DNA from: the human T2T-CHM13v2.0 reference genome, Homo sapiens
Direction: 5' to 3' (one strand)
NCBI RefSeq assembly: GCF_009914755.1
Contig: NC_060945.1
DNA length: 64,000 bases
The notes under the pieces were generated by a model, which was not told the DNA's origin, ran no database searches, and was given only the letters and a program-made list of their open reading frames with translations. The position numbers were made by a program, and so were the translations under genes. Each line of letters starts with the position of its first letter. The stretch's first letter is position 1. This document shows, in pieces, positions 57,813 to 64,000 of the stretch.

Positions 57813-60800
57813 AGGAGCTTTAGGATGGCTCATGAGAGGCATCTGGTACTCACTCCCTCCACAAACTAGGACCAAAATAGCAAGTAGATAATCATATTTT
57901 AAATAGATCACATAACAGAGAATGCTGGAATTCAACAGAGAAGTGATAGGAAACATCTAAGGCAAGGAGGAAGAGAGAAGTAAGGCAGAGAGCTCAGTTT
58001 TGATTGGCTAGGATCCTGGAGAGGCTCCCCAATGCAGGGAAAGGGTAAGTGAGTGACCCCCAGCAGCCTACATTTCCACTGCAAATCCCTGCAATCCTAC
58101 CCATGGGAAAGCTCCTCAATCCATGCCGGCTCTGAGATTAGCATGAGCAGCTAACTAAAGACCATGCACTGTCACAACATTGCTCCAGAGAGGGAGCTCA
58201 CATTGAGTACTACACACCCCCTGAGTCCTAAACAGCTACAGAAAGGTGCTATTTTGAGAGTCTAGACTCCACCAGAGTGCATCCTGCCCTGGGTCCCAAC
58301 AACCCCTGCATCTCCACATCCCTGGAGCCCCAATAACATCCACTCCTCATAGCCAGGTGCCACTGCTGGCTGCTGCCACTAGAGCCTAAGAACGGGCCAT
58401 TGGCGGTGATCCTGCCACCCCCAGAAGCAGGGCTGCTATGCGTTTACAAGTGCCCTGCAAAAAGGCTATGCAGCTTCACCTAGGGCTGAAGAGCATGCTC
58501 CCCAGCCACCTGTTTAAAGATGCTGCCACTGAAAGCAACCCTGCCCTCCTCAGCAGCAGGGCTGCAGTGCAGCTGCTGCCATCTTAACCTGAGTATTTCT
58601 CCAGGGGCCTGGAAATCACCTCATCTCTGCCTAACACAGCCAGTGCTTATACTCAGCCCAGTTCCATCCTCCCTCCCCAGTGTCTGAGCATGCTGCCTGG
58701 GGACCTGGAGAGCGCCCTGCCCCTGGAGATTGCCCTGCCCCATCATTGGCACCTGAGCACTCCTCCTGGGGTTCTAAGGATGGGCTGACCCAACCTGCTG
58801 CCACCACTACAGGTGGCACTCACTCGCACATGCCACCTGCAAGCCTGGGGACTGGCTTGCCCAGCCTGTCCCAGCCACTATCAACACCAGCACGGACCAT
58901 GTGAGAGCCAGATGATTGTCCCACCACTGCTACTGCCACTGCCCACACCATGCCCACTGCTCAAGAACCTGAGGATCTGTCCACCTACCTGGCCTACCAC
59001 TGCCACTTCTGCCACCCAAACAAGCCTCCTAGAGGCTCAAGAACTGGTTCACTTGGACCTGCTAACACCAGTGCTAGTGTATCCTGCCCTGAGGCTCAAG
59101 GACAAGCATGCTCAGTCCACTGCTGTCATCAATGCACTGGTACCCAAGGACTGGCTCATTTGATGTTCCTGTCCCCAGCAAAACACTTCACCATAGGCTT
59201 TACTAACACCACAGTCTAAGCCACTGAGGAAATCAAAGATGGCACAGATTCTGTTTACAACTGAAGAAATCATATGGAGAGTATACTACTGCACACACCA
59301 AGAATCAAAGCCAAAGTGCTGTGTGCTACTCAACCAATACCACAGATATATCTTTAGCAAAAAAATCCTCTCCTATTATAACAAGTTCAAAAAATTGAAA
59401 GAAGCAACCACTACACCAGATGTGCAGATATCAATGTAAGGACATAAGAAACATGAAAAAACAAGAAAATATGGTAACTCCAGAGGAAGACATTAATACT
59501 CCAGCAACAGATTCCAATGAAAAAGAAATATATGAAATCCCAGGGGAAGAGTTCAAAATAATGATATTAAAGAAGCTCAGTAAGCTACAGGAGAACACAG
59601 AAAAACAATGCAAGGAAATGAAAAAAAACAATTCAGGGTATGAGTAAGAAATTTGCCAAAGAGATAGATATCATAAAAAAGAACCAAACAGAAATTCTTG
59701 AACTGAAGAATTTACTGAATGAAATATAAAATACAATCAAAAGTTCAAGAATAGACTATATCAAACAGAAAGAATTTTAGAACTTGAAAACAGGTGTTTT
59801 GAAATAACCCAGTCAGACAAAAATAAAGAAAAAGAATAAGAGAATAAACAAAGCCTATGTGACATATGGGACACCATAAAGTTATGAAATATTAAAATTT
59901 TTGGTGTCCCAGAATGCAATGAGACAATGAAAGGGACAGAAAATTTATTTAATGAAATTATAGCTAAAAAATTCAACAGAATTAGACATCCAGATACAGA
60001 AAGCTCAGAGATTCCCAAATAGATACAATTCAAAAAGGTCTTCATGGCACATTATCATCAAACTGTCAAAAGGCAAAGACAAAGACAGAATTCTAAGACC
60101 ATCAAGAAAAATGTATAAAGTTACTTATAAGGGAATTCCCCTTAGACTAACAGTGTATTTGTCAGCAGAAACCTTACGGGCCAGGAGAGAATGAGACGCT
60201 ATATTCCAAGTGCTGATAACAACCAAACTACCCAATTTGCCAGCTAAGGATACTATTCCCAGCAAAGTTATCCTTCTTAAATGAAGGAGAAATAAAGTCT
60301 TTCCCAGACAAGCAAAAGCTGAGGGAATTCATCACCACTAGACTGGTCCTACAAGAAATGCTTCAGGGAGCCCTATATCTGGAAATGAAAAGATAATATC
60401 TACCATCATGAAAACACATGAAAGTATAGAACCCACTGGTAGAGCAGACACACAAGTGGGAAGAAAAAGGACTCAAATGTTACCACTACAGAACACCACC
60501 AAACCACAATGATGAATAATAAGAGATAAATAAAGGAACAAAGTATATACAAGACAACCAGAAATCAATTAATAAAATGACAGGAATAAGACTTCACATA
60601 TCAATAATAATATTAAATGTAAGTGGATTAACTTTCCACTTAAAAGATATAGACTGGCTGAATAAATAAAAAACAAACACAAGCCAACTATATGTCACCT
60701 ACAAGAAACTCATCTCACCTGTAAAAACACAAATAGACTGAAAGTAATGTGATGGAAAAAGATATTCCATGCAAACAGAAACCAAAATCAAGCAGCAGTA

Positions 60801-62262
60801 GCTATACTCATATCAGATGAAACAGACTTTACGTCAAAAACGCAAAAAGAGATGAAGAAGGTTGTTATATAATGATAAAGGGATAAATTCAGCAAGAGGA
60901 TATAACAATTATAAACATATATGTATTAACACCAGAAAACCCACATATATAAAGCAAATATTATGAGATCTAAAGGCAGAGATAGACTTCAGTACAGTAA
61001 TAGTTGCAGACTTCAACACCCCAGTATCAGCATTATACAGATCATCTAGACAGAAAATTAGCTAAGAAACATTGGATTTAAACTGGCTAAGAACTCAAAA
61101 GCACAAACAACAAAACCAAAGACAAATGGGCTATATTAAACTAAAACGTTTCTGTACAGCAAGGGGAATAATCAACAGAGTGAAAAGACATTGTGTCAAA
61201 TCAGAGAAAATATAAACTATCATTTGATAAGGGACTAATATCCAGAATATACAGGAAACTCAAAAAACTCAACAGTAAAAAACCAAATAATACAATAAAA
61301 AAAGTGGGCAAAGGACATGAATAGACATTTCTCAAAAGAAGACATACAAATGACCAACAGGTATATGAAAAAATGCTCAACGTCATTAATCCTCAGGAAA
61401 ATGCATATCAAAATGACAATGAGATACCATCTTACTCCAGTTAAAATGGCTATTACTAAAAGACAAAAAAATCAGATGCTGATAAAGATGTGGTGAAAAG
61501 GGCACTGTTGGTGAGAGTGTAAATTAGTACAGCCACTATGGAAAACAGAATGGAGATTACCAAAAAACTAATAATAGAACTACTATATGATCCAGCAATC
61601 TCACTAAATGGTTATTTATCCAAAGGAAAAGAAATCAGTATAAAAAAGGGATGCCTGCACCCCCATGTTTATGGTGGCACTATTTACAGTAGCCAAGATA
61701 TGGAATCAACCTGTGTCCATCAACAGAGGAATGGATAAGGCAAGTGTGGTATATATATATACACACAATGGAATATTATGTGGCTATAAAAAGAATGAAA
61801 TTATGTCATTTGCAGCAACACAAATGGAACTGAAGGTCACTATGAAGGTCATTATGTTAAGGTCAAAATGTTGTATGTTCTCACTCCTATGTGGGAGCTA
61901 AAATGGTTGGTCTCATGGAGGTAGAGAGTAGAATGATAGATACCAGAGGCTGCAAAGGGAGTGTGGGTGAGTAGGACGATGAAGAGAAGTAGGCTAATGG
62001 GTACAAACATACAGTTAGATAGAAGGAATAAGCTTTAATGTGTGGTAGCACAGTAGGGTGACTATAGTTAAGTTAACAACAATATATTGTCTATTTCAAA
62101 ATAACAAAGAGAGAGGACCTGAACTGGTCCCAACACATAGAAATGATAAATACTTTAGGTAATGGATACCTTAAATACCCTGACTTGATCATTACACATT
62201 CTACGCATGTAATAAAATATCACATGTACTGCATAAATAATGTACAAATATGTATCAGTGAA
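57813..62262 (+). mobile_element. L1MA-like LINE with 5' UTR, decayed ORF1, endonuclease start and 3' end; large internal ORF2 deletion
   Basis: GC-richer 5' UTR to ~59400, ORF1-like A-rich region ~59440-60400, ORF2 start atgacaggaataag ~60578, jump to late ORF2 at ~61085, 3' UTR to ~62260. Multiple stops and frameshifts. Confidence 0.85.
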
Positions 62263-63191
62263 ACAACTGACAATGACAAGGTTCCTTTTATAACCCTCAC
62301 TGTTCCAGATGAAAAACTGAATCAAGATCATATAGTTATTACGAGATAGGGCAGGGATTTAAATCAGACCATTTAATCCAAGAACCACCCATTTCACCAT
62401 GATTGTCATGTGTGTCAGTTCCATGTAATGTTCTTACTGACCTGCAAGATGATGTGTACGTGCTTCAGGATCTACTGACTAGCAGGCTTTGAAATCCCTG
62501 CCTCCTAGTACAACCTATTCTGCAGTGACACTCTTCTTTTAACTGAAATGTACCTTACCAAGTAACTGAAGAAAGCCAGCCAGATTAAGAAGCGGGTTTG
62601 GGGCCACTTGTAGGTAAGTGAGTGCAACTGTTTGAGGAGAATTCCAGGCAAGGAGAAACTTTACTCAGCTCTAAGTGTATCCTGTGATCTAAATGTTACA
62701 GATACATTATAATCCCACGGGCTCTTCTGAAAGGAGCAGATACCTGCTAGAGAAAGAGCAGATTTCTATGGAGATGAGGCCATTCCTTCTGGAAAAGCAA
62801 CAAAAGCAACAAACCCTTACATTGTTTATAAGCCCTTAAGGTTTTCTTGTAATCCGAGTTTACCTGCTTCATGATTCCTTATAATATATGGCAGAAGGAC
62901 TGTATAATTATTAAAAGTTACTTAAATATCAACGCTTTCATTTCTTGTCATCCACCTCTGAATCTGTCACCTCTGTTTAACCCTCCCTGGTATTTAAATA
63001 GCTAATCTAGTGTTGGAGGCCAGGTTAACAACGTGCACGTCTCTAAGTGACTTCATAGCGACCTTCACACGTCTATTTATTTGGTATTTCCTTTGTGTTC
63101 CTTTATATGAACTGACTGAGCCCTTGCTAATAATTAAAAGAATTTGCTAAAGTATTCTTTTGGCAAAGTCAGTAGATAAGAATTTCTGTAA

Positions 63192-63505
<314 letters not shown>

Positions 63506-63830
63506 TTAGCTTGCCCACCAAAGTATAAAACTAACTGAGAAAAGTATTTTCCAAAACTAGTTCAGGTTGGTGCATATGTATTTGAAGGCACGTGTGTATT
63601 CACTCATTCAGGAAATATTTATGGAGCTCTACTATGTGCCTGGTCTATCCTAGGCAATGACAAGCAAAAACCCCTGCTTTCACAGAATCACCATCCTAGT
63701 GGGGTGAGGTAGGGCAGACAGATAACAACTAGAATATATTATGTGTCAGATGAAGATAACTGCTATGGGGGAAAATAAGGCAGAGAAGGATGCCAGAGAG
63801 TAGGGGTTGTGTTTTAAAATGGAATGCTTG

Positions 63831-64000
63831 GGGCGGGCATGGTGGCTCATGCCTGTAATCCAAGTACTTTGGGAGGCCAAAGCAGGCGGATCACGAGGTC
63901 AAGAGATCGAGTCCATCCTGGCCAACATGGTGAAACCCCATCACTACTAAAAAAAATACAAAAATTAGCTGGATGTGGTGCCATGCGCCTGTAGTCCCAG
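63831..64000 (+). mobile_element. AluS (cut by window end)
   Basis: Left monomer, linker and start of right monomer. Confidence 0.85.

Noticed and set aside
59420-61901. Short ORFs resembling L1 ORF1/ORF2
   Set aside because: Frameshifted, stop-interrupted remnants of a dead L1.

Overview
Human-like (primate) genomic DNA containing the 5' end of RCAN1 (DSCR1, calcipressin-1) on the minus strand. Coding exon 1 (13337-13588, MEDGVAGPQL...DGLCR, phase-0 GT donor) lies in a CpG island at about 12.9-14.15 kb. About 1 kb downstream is a tiny alternative first coding exon (ATG-GTG-TAT = Met-Val-Tyr, perfect GTAAGT donor, 12364-12372). Positions 1 to ~12.3 kb are RCAN1 intron. Positions ~14-64 kb are repeat-dense upstream DNA: Alus (including an AluYa5), MaLR/ERVL/ERV1 solo LTRs, hAT and mariner MITEs, L2/MIR and an internally deleted L1M. 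No other protein-coding exon is supported, and almost all ORF-track entries are repeat-derived or GC-rich noise. I found no wholly new biological system. The best leads are regulatory: competing splice donors that switch the MVY start into a uORF, a CLEAR-like E-box in the RCAN1 promoter, an intronic CTCF-like CpG patch and an antisense MLT2A LTR with a DUX4-like motif. Several unusual retrotransposition structures are also present. Repeat subfamily names come from recalled consensus sequences and need RepeatMasker/Dfam confirmation.
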